Below, piece after piece: positions 45,159 through 54,918 of a stretch of DNA of 64,000 nucleotides (position 1 is its first letter; each line of letters starts with the position of its first letter). The DNA lies in the NCBI GenBank assembly GCA_021155885.1, contig JAJNBB010000003.1:9528-73527 (forward strand), in the 5' to 3' direction. The notes under the pieces were generated by a model. That model ran no database searches. It was not told where the DNA came from and worked only from the letters and a program-made list of their open reading frames with translations. A program made the translations under genes and the position numbers. This DNA comes from Fibrobacteria bacterium (GTDB taxonomy: Bacteria > Fibrobacterota > Fibrobacteria > UBA11236).

Positions 45159-46346
45159 GTGAACCTCTTCGCCACGCTCTATCTCGCCGCCAGCGCGGTG
45201 TACGTCCTGCTGGACCTCCAGCTTTTGCGCGGCCTGAAAATCCTGGCGCGCCAGCGTAACCGCGCCGTGTCCCCGCTCTCGCCGCCCTCCATCACCGTGC
45301 TGATCGCCGCCCGCGACGAAGAAGCCAACCTGCCGCGCGTGCTGAGCGCGTTGCGTGCCCAGGACTACCCGCGGAAGCAAATCCAGGTCGTGGTGGCCGA
45401 CGACCGCTCCGTCGACGGCACCGCGGCGGTGCTGCGGGATCATGCCGCGCGCTTCCCGGGCTGGATCGAATACGTGTCGGTCCGCGAAGGGACGCCCGGG
45501 TTGTCTCCCAAGAAGAACGCGCTGCTGCGAGGCCTCGAGCGCGCGCGTGGCGAGTGGATCGCGATCACCGACGCCGACAGCGAGATGGAACCGGGATGGC
45601 TTTCGGCCATGAGCCGGGAGTTCGGCGAGGACACGGGCATGGTGCTGGGCTTCACCGCCTACGCGGAGGATCGCGGCGGGCGGACCTCGCTTTCGCCGTC
45701 CGAGGGCGCCCGCGCGCTGGAGTTCGCCTCCCACGGCGTCACGGGCGCCGCGCTGGTGGGCTTGGGATTCCCGGTGAGCGCGAACGCGAACAATCTTGCC
45801 TGCCGCCGGCGCGCCTTCGACGAAGCGCGCGCCTTCGAACGGCACGGCGCGGTGGTCAGCGGCGACGACGATTTCATGCTGCAGGAAATCCACGCCACCG
45901 GAAAATGGGGCGTGCGTTTCTGCGCCGACCCGGCCGCGAGGATGCGCACCGCCGCGCCCGCATCCTGGCGGGAATTCTGGGAACAGCGCAAGCGCTGGGG
46001 AAGCAAGTGCATCCACTACCGGCCGCGGCAGGTGGTTTTTCTCCTGGCGGTGTTCGCTTTCTACCTGTCGATCCCACTGCTGCTCATCGGCGGCCTGGTC
46101 GACCCCCGGCTGGGATGGCTCGGCCTGACGGGGCTCGCGCTGAAAACCGGCGCCGACCTGCTCGTGATGCGCGCGGGGCTGCGCCGGTTCGGCCTGGAAC
46201 CCCTGCTCCGCTTTTTTCCGCTGACGGCGCTGCTCCACATCCCCTTGATCCTGGGCGCCGTCCTCTTCGGCACCCTGGGCGGCTTCACCTGGAAAGGGCA
46301 GAAGTTGGGGACGAAGGTCAAACAGGCGGCAGGCGGCAGGCGGTAG
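45159..46346 (+). CDS. membrane family-2 glycosyltransferase
   Basis: N- and C-terminal TM helices, with VLIAARDEEANL, DDRSVDGT, ITDADS, GDDDFMLQ and QRKRWGSK (QxxRW-like). It starts 4 nt after the PHP gene. Confidence 0.8.
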   Translation: MNLFATLYLAASAVYVLLDLQLLRGLKILARQRNRAVSPLSPPSITVLIAARDEEANLPRVLSALRAQDYPRKQIQVVVADDRSVDGTAAVLRDHAARFPGWIEYVSVREGTPGLSPKKNALLRGLERARGEWIAITDADSEMEPGWLSAMSREFGEDTGMVLGFTAYAEDRGGRTSLSPSEGARALEFASHGVTGAALVGLGFPVSANANNLACRRRAFDEARAFERHGAVVSGDDDFMLQEIHATGKWGVRFCADPAARMRTAAPASWREFWEQRKRWGSKCIHYRPRQVVFLLAVFAFYLSIPLLLIGGLVDPRLGWLGLTGLALKTGADLLVMRAGLRRFGLEPLLRFFPLTALLHIPLILGAVLFGTLGGFTWKGQKLGTKVKQAAGGRR

Positions 46347-46399
46347 AGATCGGGAAAGCTTTTGCTTTCTCCTACCGCCTACCGCCCACAAACTACAGC

Positions 46400-48244
46400 C
46401 TAATAAAGATCCTCTTCATCCTTCGGGTCCACGGATTCGACCACCGGTTTCCCCTCGTTGTTGTCTTCGGGTTCGCCCGCGGATTCGTCGGCGGATCCCT
46501 GGCCATCGCCGCCGCCGGGCACCGGCGCGTCGCCGCCGCCGTCCAATTTGGCCCCGGCCTTCTCGGCGTAAATCGTCCCGGGGTAGGCCGTGCGCACGGC
46601 CTGGTAGGCCGCCCTCGCCGAATCGATCGCCACGGTCGAGAACGGCGGCGCGACCGCCTGCTCCTCGCGCAGGAAGGCGATGACGAAAAGCGCCTTGCCG
46701 GCGTCCTGCGAGGCCGGGTATTGCGCGGCCACTTCGCGATACGCCGGAATCACGCGGGTGGCGATGTCCTCTCCCGCGAACCGCCGGCGCTCCGCCTCGA
46801 GAAACAAAAGGTGCGCCTTGTCCTCGAGGGTTTGCACCGTGGGCGGCATGCCCAGGTTTTTTTCCGCCTGCTTGGCCCACTCCGTGCCGGGGTAGCGTTT
46901 CATCAGCACGCCGTAGAGGGAATCGGCGCGCGCCTTGTTCCCGGCCTCTTCCTCAAGCCAGGCGAGCGCATAAAAAGCCCGGCGGGTATGCACGCTATCC
47001 TCCGCGGTGTCGGCGACGATGCGGTCCAGGTGCCGGCGCGCGCTGTCGGAGCGCCCCAGATCGAACAGATAGATTTCGGCGATGGTGAAGTCCTGATAAT
47101 GCGGGCGCGTCGCATAGGAGCCGGTCGTGTCGGGGACGCGCAGTTCCAGGATGCGGCCGAGGGCCCGCGACTTCTGGTCGCCCAGCGACCCGAACTCGAA
47201 CTGGGTGCCGGACACTGCGGCAGAGTCAAAGTAGGCCCGCGCGCTGTCCTCGCGGTTGTCCGCGATCCAGAAGTGCAGGGCGATGCGGTAGAAGGCCTCC
47301 GCGCTGACGGCGGTGCGGGCGGCCGCCTCGGCGGCCCTGCGGTACAGGAGGTTGGCCCGGGTCCAGTCTTGCTTGCCCTCGTGACCGCGCGCCTGCAGCA
47401 GCTGCAGGTCGGGACGCGCGAGCCGGAACTGCTTTTGCTTCATCAGGGAGGCGACCTCCGCGATGCCCTCGTCATACCGGCCCATCTCGTACAGGCAGAG
47501 GATGGCGAGCTTTTGGTTGCGGTATTGCAGGCGCGGCGGAAGGATTTTGATTTCGGGAGCCAGGGCGTGGCGACGGGCCTTTTCCCATTCCCGGAGGCTG
47601 AACGCCAGCCGAGCCGCCTGCCAATGCGCCTCCACGCGCGCCTCGGGAGTCGTGAAGGCCCCTTCGGCGAGCAAGGTCTCATAGAGCGCCAGGCCTTCGG
47701 CTCCGGAATTTTCATCGACCTGCATGCGGGCCGAAAGCAGCATGGCCTCGCGCTTCGCCTCGCCCTGCGGGTTCGTCGCCAGGAGGGCCGCGAGCTCGTC
47801 GCGGGCGTTCAGTTTCTGTCCGTCCAGATAAAGCGCCTTGGCCCGATGGGCCCGGGCCAAGGGGATGTTTTCATGGGCGGGAAAATACCGGATGAATTCT
47901 GCGTACTTCAGCGCGGCCTGGTCGTAGTCCTCCATCAGCAAGTAGCTCTCGGCGATGAGGAACACGGCCTTGGGCGCGTATTTCTTGTTGTCGGGCCACA
48001 ACTCAAGCACCTTGGAACTCTTCACGATCGCGCGTTCCAGCTTGGCCTTTTCCTCTGGGCTCACCACCAAGGTGTCCTCGGGGTTAAGGTCGAGGCGCTT
48101 TTCGCGCAGCCGGATGGCCTGTCCGTGCGCCTTTTCCGCGTTAAAATAGGTGTTGTAATAAACGCTGCAACCTGCGAGGAGAAAAGCACTTAGGCCAGTT
48201 ACAAAGGCGCGGGGAAAAGACCAGCGTAGGCTACGGTTCGACAT
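46400..48244 (-). CDS. TPR-repeat lipoprotein with an acidic low-complexity tail
   Basis: Lipobox LLAGCS after ATG 48244. Multiple TPR-like A..Y.....Y..A repeats, with a C-terminal tail GGGDAPVPGGGDGQGSADESAGEPEDNNEG. Confidence 0.75.
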   Translation of the reverse strand: MSNRSLRWSFPRAFVTGLSAFLLAGCSVYYNTYFNAEKAHGQAIRLREKRLDLNPEDTLVVSPEEKAKLERAIVKSSKVLELWPDNKKYAPKAVFLIAESYLLMEDYDQAALKYAEFIRYFPAHENIPLARAHRAKALYLDGQKLNARDELAALLATNPQGEAKREAMLLSARMQVDENSGAEGLALYETLLAEGAFTTPEARVEAHWQAARLAFSLREWEKARRHALAPEIKILPPRLQYRNQKLAILCLYEMGRYDEGIAEVASLMKQKQFRLARPDLQLLQARGHEGKQDWTRANLLYRRAAEAAARTAVSAEAFYRIALHFWIADNREDSARAYFDSAAVSGTQFEFGSLGDQKSRALGRILELRVPDTTGSYATRPHYQDFTIAEIYLFDLGRSDSARRHLDRIVADTAEDSVHTRRAFYALAWLEEEAGNKARADSLYGVLMKRYPGTEWAKQAEKNLGMPPTVQTLEDKAHLLFLEAERRRFAGEDIATRVIPAYREVAAQYPASQDAGKALFVIAFLREEQAVAPPFSTVAIDSARAAYQAVRTAYPGTIYAEKAGAKLDGGGDAPVPGGGDGQGSADESAGEPEDNNEGKPVVESVDPKDEEDLY

Positions 48245-48652
48245 GGCCCGTAGTTTACAAAAATTGGTTTTAATTCGACACGGGGAGCAGGATTTCATCC
48301 CGGAATCGCGATGTATTTCCATTGCGAAGCATGCACCGCTCTGGTAGCTCTTCCGCATGGTCTTGTATCTCTTCAGCATGCATTTTGGAAGCCATTTGTA
48401 ATTTAATCACAAAAATTGCGGATTATATACCATTTACTAATTTTCGGTTCAGCAACCAAAAAAGCTAGTCAGAGTAACAACAGTCGCGAAATTTGAATAA
48501 TTAAGCCGGTGGAACGTAAATGGAAACAACTTTTTTTGGGGAAGTCCGAAAAAAACAACACGCAATCGGGATCTCGCCTTAAGATGAATAATGCGAGTTC
48601 GAGACGCACGGCTGATGGTGGCCGTGATAATTTCATTACAGGGGAGATTTGT

Positions 48653-51600
48653 ATGAATTTTAAGACGGGAACAAGAACGGCTTTGTCGGCGCTTCTGGCG
48701 CTTATGGGGCTTTCGTTCGGTGGAGACTATTCCACCTGGGCGAAGTATCGCACCGTGACGGTGAACACTAGCGCGATGACGCTCAGCGCGGCTGTTGCCA
48801 ACATCCCGATCCTGGTGCGCTTCAACGCCACCGATCATGCCGACATGCTCAACGACGTTTCGACCCAAATGCTCGCCAACGGCGCGGACATCCGGGTCAC
48901 CAAGGCCGATGGCACCACCGACGTGCCCTTCCAGATCGAACAGGCCACGACCGGCGCCAACGGAAGCCTCGTCCTGTGGATCAAGGCCGATAACGTCGCT
49001 CAAAGCAGCGCGACGGCCGCCAGCTTCCGCGTGTTCTGGGGCAAGACCGGTTCGACGACCCTGTCGAGCGGCACGGCCGTCTTCGACACCGCGCAGGGCT
49101 ATCTCGCGGTTTGGCACATGAACGATGCCGTCGCGGCCGCGGGCGATACCATCCGCGACGCCACCGCCGGCAACAACAAGGCCGTTACTGGCGTGTTCGG
49201 CGCGGGCGCGTTGGTTCCTTACGACACGATCGGCGTGGCGGGCGTCGCCAAGAAAATCGGCGCTACCGCAAACGCGGTCGGCGGATATTTCGAAGCGATC
49301 GATCCGGACTCCTCCCTCAGCGTGAACACGGATCTGGGCCCCTATACCGTCAGCGCTTGGGTCAACGTAACTACTTGCTCCAACGGCTCACGCAGCGCGA
49401 TCATCTCCAAGTACAACAACACCGCTGGCGCGAACGGTTCGCGTCAGTTCGCGCTCCAGATCGCCGGCGGCGCTTCCAACTGGAATCTCACGAATAATCC
49501 GCCGTCGCACGCCGCCACGGTAAACGAGTTCAACGCTTCCACCCCTTGCGCCACCAATCAGTGGCAGTATGTGTCGGCCAGCTACTACTCCCCCACCCTG
49601 CCGACCCCCGACGTCGCGGGCGCCACCTCGGCCATGCGGATTTCCGTGAACAACGCCGGGACCATCACCTATGGCACGTTTACCCAGACCGCGGCGACCA
49701 TCGGCAGAGGCTCGCCGTTGAGAATCGGCTCCATCGCCGATAATCAACGCTTCCTCCGCGGCAGCTTGGACGAGGTTCGTCTCTCCAAGGTTGTGCGTGA
49801 CACCAACTGGGTCGAGGTCGAATACGAAACGCAAAAGCCGGCGGCTACGGCCGTCACGGTCGGCGCGACCACGACGCAGGGCGGCTCGGGCGGTTACGCC
49901 AACTGGTCCGGTCACCGCGACATCATCCTGAACACCTCGGGCAACGGAGCGAACACCTCCACCTTGGTCCGGAACTTCCCGGTGCTGATTCGCCTGGATT
50001 CCGTCAACGAATCCACGATCCTTTCGACCGCCGGAACCAACGGCGCCAGCATCCGCTTCTCCAAAGCGGACGACCTGACTCCCCTGCCCTATGAAATCGA
50101 ACAGTGGGGCCCCACGAAGGCCGCCATTTGGGTGAAGGTCGACTCGCTGCATCCCAACAATGCGACCCAGAAAATCCGCATGCACTGGGGCAACGGCAGC
50201 GCGGCCAGCGAATCGAACGGCCCGGCGGTGTTCGACACCGCCAACGGCTTCGTGGCCGCCTGGCATCTCGGCAACGCGGCCGGCACGAGCCCGCGTCCGG
50301 GTTCGGTCGCCGGTTCTCCCGCCGCCATTGTCCGCAACGGCCTCCCCGCGGTTCCGGGCATCATCGGCATGGCCGACACGCTCGGCGTTATCCCGGGGGC
50401 CAATCCCGCCCACGGCGGCAACCCCGCCGCCGGCCGGTATATCGACGTCGGCCGCGACGAATCCTTCGCGCCCAATAACTATGCCGGATTCAGCGACTTC
50501 TCGACCGGATTCGCTTACTCGGTGTGGGTGAACTCCGCCACGACGACTGCCTTTACCCGCTTCATCGTGCTGGGTTCGGATTCCAACGCCGTGAACCAGG
50601 TGGGAAGCACCAGCCGCATCATGTTCATGGGCAATCAAAACCAGTCCGCCACGCAACCCAACTTCGCGATCCGCGCCGAGGGTGTCGCCAGTTTCAACTC
50701 TCCCGCGAACGCCTATTCGTTCAATACCTGGACGAACATTTTCGTGACCAAGGCCCCCGGAACGACGGCCTACAACGTTTACAAGAACGGTGAACTGCTC
50801 GCCTCGTCCGGCACGGGCGCGGATCCCTTGGTCGTGACTCGCAATTACGCGTGGATGGGCCGCTCCGGCGCCAGCACCGACGGCTGGTTCGGCGGCAAGT
50901 TCGACAACACCACCATTTCAAAGGCTGCGCGTTCCGCCGACTGGGTCCGCCTCTCCTTCCAGAACCAGAAGGCCATCAACGCCCTGGCCAACATCGGTCC
51001 CTTCGAGTACGGCGCCACGGTTCCGGGCTTCCCCACGGCCGCGACCGCAGTCGGCGCCAGCGCCACGTCGGCAACGGTTTCCTGGACGGCTCCGGCCTCG
51101 AACGGGGGCTCGGCCATCACCGGTTACACCGCCACCTCCGCCCCGGGCAACCTGACCTGCACCACGACGGGACTTTCCTGCGTCGTGAACGGCTTGACCA
51201 CCGGCACCGCGTACACCTTCACGGTGGTCGCGACCAACGCCATCGGCAATAGCGCGCCCTCGCTGGCCTCGAACTCGGTTACGCCTTCCGCCTACGCCGG
51301 TTTCACCAAGCTCAGCATCGTCATGAACACCTCGGCCTCCGGCGCCAACGTCGCCGGCACGGTGACCAACTTCCCGCTGCTGGTCCGTCTCGGCGCGGCC
51401 GAAGCGGCCGTCTTCACCGCGGCGAAAGCCGACGGCGCGGACATCCGGTTCTCGAAGTCCGACGACGCCACCGCCCTTCCCTACCAGATCGAATCCTGGG
51501 GTTCGGGCAAGGCGGCGATCTGGGTGAAAGTGGACTCCATCAAGGGGAACAATGCGACCCAGTCGATCAGCATGTGGTACGGCAATAGCGCGGCCACCAG

Positions 51601-52939
51601 CCAGTCCAATGCCTCCGCCGTCTTCGACACCGCCCAGTTCGTCGCGGTCTACCACCTGAACGACTCCTCCGACGCCACCCTCAACGGCAACCACGGCACG
51701 GCCTCCCCGACGGCTCCGACCGTCGCGACGAACGCCCTCATCGGCGGCGCCCGGACGTTCAACGGCACCTCGAACTGGTACCAGATCGGCACGGATTCCA
51801 CCGCGCTGAACCTGAACACCAACACCGGCCCATACACCCTGTCGGCCTGGGTCAATCCGGCCTCCTGCGATGCCCGCATCGCCGCGATCGCCAAGTACGT
51901 CAACGGCGCCACCCCCCCGGGCCGCCAGTACTCGCTGCATACGGGGAACACCTCGACCGACTGGCGCTTTACCACTGCCGGTTCGGCCGTGAACGGCACG
52001 GGTGACGGCGAGTTCTTCGCCGATGCCCCGAGCGCCTGCGTGATCAACACGTGGAGCCATGTCGTGGGCACCTATAGTTCCGGCGCTCCCACCTCCGATT
52101 CCGCGGTCAACGCGAAGATCTACGTCAACGGCGTGTTGTCCGGTCAGGGCAGCTTCACCACCGTCACCGGGGTCGGTCGCCAGGCCAACGCCTATATCGG
52201 CCGCATCCACAACGACCAGCGTTACATGAACGGTTCGCTGGACGAGATCACGGTCGCCAAGGTCGCCCGCGATTCCAACTGGATCAAGCTGGCTTACCAC
52301 AGCCAGAAGGCCCAGAACAGCTTGACCAACATCGGCTCGCAGGACACGCTCCCCGGGGTCCCCACCGGCGTATCCGCGTCGGTGAGCACGACGACCACGG
52401 GTACCGTGACGGTTTCGTGGACCGCTCCGGCCTCCAACGGCGGAAGCAACATCACGGGCTACGCCGTGACCGGCACCCCCGGCGGAAGCTGCTCGACCAC
52501 GGGCGCGCTGACCTGTAACATCACCGGTTTGACCGTCGGACAGGGTTACACCTTCACGGTGCGCGCGACAAACGCCGTCGGTCAGGGCTCTGCCTCGGCC
52601 GCCTCGACGTCCGTGACAATCACCACCGGCATCGCCGGCGGCTCGTACCTGATCCACACCGACGGTTTCGCCCGCGCCTACACCTTCCGCCTCCCGGAAG
52701 GCGCCCAGGCGACGACCGAGAACCTGAAGATGACCATCACCGACGTCTTCGGCCGCACGGTCTGGTCTCGCACGGTGAGCCCCAAGGAAACCCGTTCGCG
52801 CGAGATCTCGTGGAACGGCAAGAACTCCAAGGGCGCGACGGTCTCCGCGGGCATGTACATCGTCCGCGTCAAGGTCGAAGCGAACGGCGTGAGCCAGGAG
52901 ATCACCCGCAAGGGCACGACGCTCCAGCCGGGCAAGTAA
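48653..52939 (+). CDS. giant secreted protein: three DUF2341-LamG modules, two FN3 domains and a C-terminal FlgD-Ig/T9SS-like sorting domain
   Basis: Signal peptide after ATG 48653 (GGGGAG RBS). The block Y..W...R.v.lNTS...a.v.NFPvLiRl....DIRFSKaD..T.LPYqIE.W......IWVKVDSi..NnaTQ.I..wyGN occurs three times, each followed by a LamG-like region ending LDE(V/I)R(L/V)SK.aR..nW. FN3 domains are marked by VSWTAPASNGGS.ITGY. The C-terminal roughly 100 aa resembles a sorting domain. Confidence 0.85.
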   Translation: MNFKTGTRTALSALLALMGLSFGGDYSTWAKYRTVTVNTSAMTLSAAVANIPILVRFNATDHADMLNDVSTQMLANGADIRVTKADGTTDVPFQIEQATTGANGSLVLWIKADNVAQSSATAASFRVFWGKTGSTTLSSGTAVFDTAQGYLAVWHMNDAVAAAGDTIRDATAGNNKAVTGVFGAGALVPYDTIGVAGVAKKIGATANAVGGYFEAIDPDSSLSVNTDLGPYTVSAWVNVTTCSNGSRSAIISKYNNTAGANGSRQFALQIAGGASNWNLTNNPPSHAATVNEFNASTPCATNQWQYVSASYYSPTLPTPDVAGATSAMRISVNNAGTITYGTFTQTAATIGRGSPLRIGSIADNQRFLRGSLDEVRLSKVVRDTNWVEVEYETQKPAATAVTVGATTTQGGSGGYANWSGHRDIILNTSGNGANTSTLVRNFPVLIRLDSVNESTILSTAGTNGASIRFSKADDLTPLPYEIEQWGPTKAAIWVKVDSLHPNNATQKIRMHWGNGSAASESNGPAVFDTANGFVAAWHLGNAAGTSPRPGSVAGSPAAIVRNGLPAVPGIIGMADTLGVIPGANPAHGGNPAAGRYIDVGRDESFAPNNYAGFSDFSTGFAYSVWVNSATTTAFTRFIVLGSDSNAVNQVGSTSRIMFMGNQNQSATQPNFAIRAEGVASFNSPANAYSFNTWTNIFVTKAPGTTAYNVYKNGELLASSGTGADPLVVTRNYAWMGRSGASTDGWFGGKFDNTTISKAARSADWVRLSFQNQKAINALANIGPFEYGATVPGFPTAATAVGASATSATVSWTAPASNGGSAITGYTATSAPGNLTCTTTGLSCVVNGLTTGTAYTFTVVATNAIGNSAPSLASNSVTPSAYAGFTKLSIVMNTSASGANVAGTVTNFPLLVRLGAAEAAVFTAAKADGADIRFSKSDDATALPYQIESWGSGKAAIWVKVDSIKGNNATQSISMWYGNSAATSQSNASAVFDTAQFVAVYHLNDSSDATLNGNHGTASPTAPTVATNALIGGARTFNGTSNWYQIGTDSTALNLNTNTGPYTLSAWVNPASCDARIAAIAKYVNGATPPGRQYSLHTGNTSTDWRFTTAGSAVNGTGDGEFFADAPSACVINTWSHVVGTYSSGAPTSDSAVNAKIYVNGVLSGQGSFTTVTGVGRQANAYIGRIHNDQRYMNGSLDEITVAKVARDSNWIKLAYHSQKAQNSLTNIGSQDTLPGVPTGVSASVSTTTTGTVTVSWTAPASNGGSNITGYAVTGTPGGSCSTTGALTCNITGLTVGQGYTFTVRATNAVGQGSASAASTSVTITTGIAGGSYLIHTDGFARAYTFRLPEGAQATTENLKMTITDVFGRTVWSRTVSPKETRSREISWNGKNSKGATVSAGMYIVRVKVEANGVSQEITRKGTTLQPGK

Positions 52940-52957
52940 CCTCGGTTCGTTGAAATC

Positions 52958-52992
52958 AAAAAGCCCCGCCTGGAAACAGGCGGGGCTTTTTT
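52958..52992 (+). terminator. rho-independent terminator
   Basis: AAAAGCCCCGCCTG-GAAA-CAGGCGGGGCTTTTTT. Confidence 0.75.
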
Positions 52993-53157
52993 GTTTGGGA
53001 AGTTCAAGAGACAGGAATGATGTATATCCGGCTTTTTGATGTTCAAAAAGCGCCGATTTGGACGACTCTATCGCTAAAAAATGGTACTATCGGAACAAAT
53101 CGAATGTATAATGGCATAAACCCGGGTTTGGACAACCCACAATAGAGGAAGATTCAC

Positions 53158-54897
53158 ATGATCCTGAATAAAACACCGATGCTACTTTCCGCGCTGCTGC
53201 TGGGCGCGCTTCCGGCCGTGGCCGCCGATTATACGGCCTGGACCCAAAAGCGCACTATTGCCTTGAATACCACGACCGCCGGCGCCAACGTGGCCACTAC
53301 GGTGACCGACTTCCCCGTGCTCATTCGCCTCGGAGCCTCGGAGTCCGCGATCCTTTCGGCCGGCGGCGCCAACGGTTCGGGTGTCCGCTTCTCCAAGGCG
53401 GACAACACCACGGCCCTTCCCTACCAGATCGAGTCGTGGTCTTCGACCTCCGCCGCGATCTGGGTGAAGGTCGACAGCGTCAAGGGCAACGCCACCACCA
53501 ATATCGTTCTGCATTACGGCAATCCCGGTACGGTCGCCAGCGAATCCAACGGGCCCGCGGTGTTCGACACCGCCAACGGGTTCCGGGGCGTATGGCACCT
53601 CGCCTCCGATAGCGTCGGTGTGTCCAAGGACGCCACCCCCAACCGAAACCATGCAACCCAGCAAGGCGCGGCCACCGCGACTCAAGGCATCGTCGGCGGG
53701 GCTCGTCTTTTCAACGCTTCGGGCGCCGGCGATATCGACACCGTCGGCATTAACCAAACCTTCAACATGTCCGTAAACGACCGCTTGACCGTATCGGCCT
53801 GGGTTCGCCGTGCGGGGGCCAATGCGGCCGGCAGCGCGTTCGAAGGCATCGCCGGCGTGTTCGATTGGAACCGCAACGGGACCGGTGTAAACAACCGCAT
53901 GTACAGCCTCGTCCATAACGCGAATAACGGATTTTCCTTTCATGTATCCTCAACGGGTGGCGACGGGGCGAACGAGGTCATCGTGAACTCGAGCATCATG
54001 GCGGATGCAAACTGGACCCATGCCGCCGCGACCGTCGACGGAGCCAATATCAAAGTGTACGTGAACGGCGTTTCGGCGACCCAGTCGGCCTATACCGGCA
54101 ACATTTACTTCCCGGCAACCCTCACGGGCGTAGGCCCCTTCACCATCGGCATGCTTGACGACAACGGCTCGGGCGAGGGGCAGTATTTTAACGGGGGCAT
54201 CGATGAAGTTCGCCTCTCGGGCATCGCGCGCACCGCGGACTGGCTGAAACTCGAGTACGAGAACCAGAAAATCGTCAACACGCTCGCCAACATCGGCCTC
54301 CCCACCGCTCCGGGCGCCCCGACCGGCGTGACTGGTGTCGCTGGCGCCGCGAACAGCGGCAGCATCACCGTCAGCTGGACGGCTCCCGCCTCCAACGGCG
54401 GCGCCGGCATTACCGGCTACAAGGCCATGGTCGTGGGCGACACCGCCAAAACCTGCAGCACGACCGGCACGCTGAGCTGTCCCATCACCGGCCTGACCGC
54501 CGGGTCCAGCTATACCTTCGTGGCAAGGGCGTACAATGCCGTGGGCGGAGGCACCCTCTCGGCCGCTTCGGCACCGGTGAACGCCCCTGTATCGATCCTC
54601 GGTACCGGCGGCCTGATGTTGAACGTCGGCTCCTTCAACAGGGCCTATTCGTTCCGCTTGTCGGAGCGCCTTTCCGGCATCACCGATCGCCTGATCATGG
54701 ATATCATCGATGTGTCGGGCAAGACGGTGTGGTCGCGAAGCGTCTCGCCTTCCGAAGCCGGAGGCGAAATTTCGTGGAACGGCCTGACCTCGGCCGGCGC
54801 GCGCGCCTCCTCGGGCATCTACTTCGTCCGCGTGTTCACGGTGACGCCGGCGGGTAAGGTGGAAGCCGTCCAGGGCGGCGTGAAGCTCCGCGACTAA
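53158..54897 (+). CDS. secreted DUF2341-LamG-FN3 protein with the same C-terminal sorting-like domain (single-module paralog)
   Basis: 579 aa with a signal peptide, one copy of the DUF2341-like block (DYTAWTQKRTIALNTT...VRFSKADNTTALPYQIESW), LamG (IDEVRLSGIARTADWLKLEYENQK), FN3 (VSWTAPASNGGAGITGY), and a C-terminal domain homologous to the 48653 gene. Confidence 0.85.
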   Translation: MILNKTPMLLSALLLGALPAVAADYTAWTQKRTIALNTTTAGANVATTVTDFPVLIRLGASESAILSAGGANGSGVRFSKADNTTALPYQIESWSSTSAAIWVKVDSVKGNATTNIVLHYGNPGTVASESNGPAVFDTANGFRGVWHLASDSVGVSKDATPNRNHATQQGAATATQGIVGGARLFNASGAGDIDTVGINQTFNMSVNDRLTVSAWVRRAGANAAGSAFEGIAGVFDWNRNGTGVNNRMYSLVHNANNGFSFHVSSTGGDGANEVIVNSSIMADANWTHAAATVDGANIKVYVNGVSATQSAYTGNIYFPATLTGVGPFTIGMLDDNGSGEGQYFNGGIDEVRLSGIARTADWLKLEYENQKIVNTLANIGLPTAPGAPTGVTGVAGAANSGSITVSWTAPASNGGAGITGYKAMVVGDTAKTCSTTGTLSCPITGLTAGSSYTFVARAYNAVGGGTLSAASAPVNAPVSILGTGGLMLNVGSFNRAYSFRLSERLSGITDRLIMDIIDVSGKTVWSRSVSPSEAGGEISWNGLTSAGARASSGIYFVRVFTVTPAGKVEAVQGGVKLRD

Positions 54898-54918
54898 GCC
54901 CCGTCGGTCTGGAATGCG

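Noticed and set aside
42830-46346. An integrated mobile element or prophage at tRNA-Gln.
   Set aside because: I could find no integrase, recombinase, transposase, phage structural gene or repeat of the tRNA 3-prime end. I kept it only as a low-confidence compositional islet in the findings.
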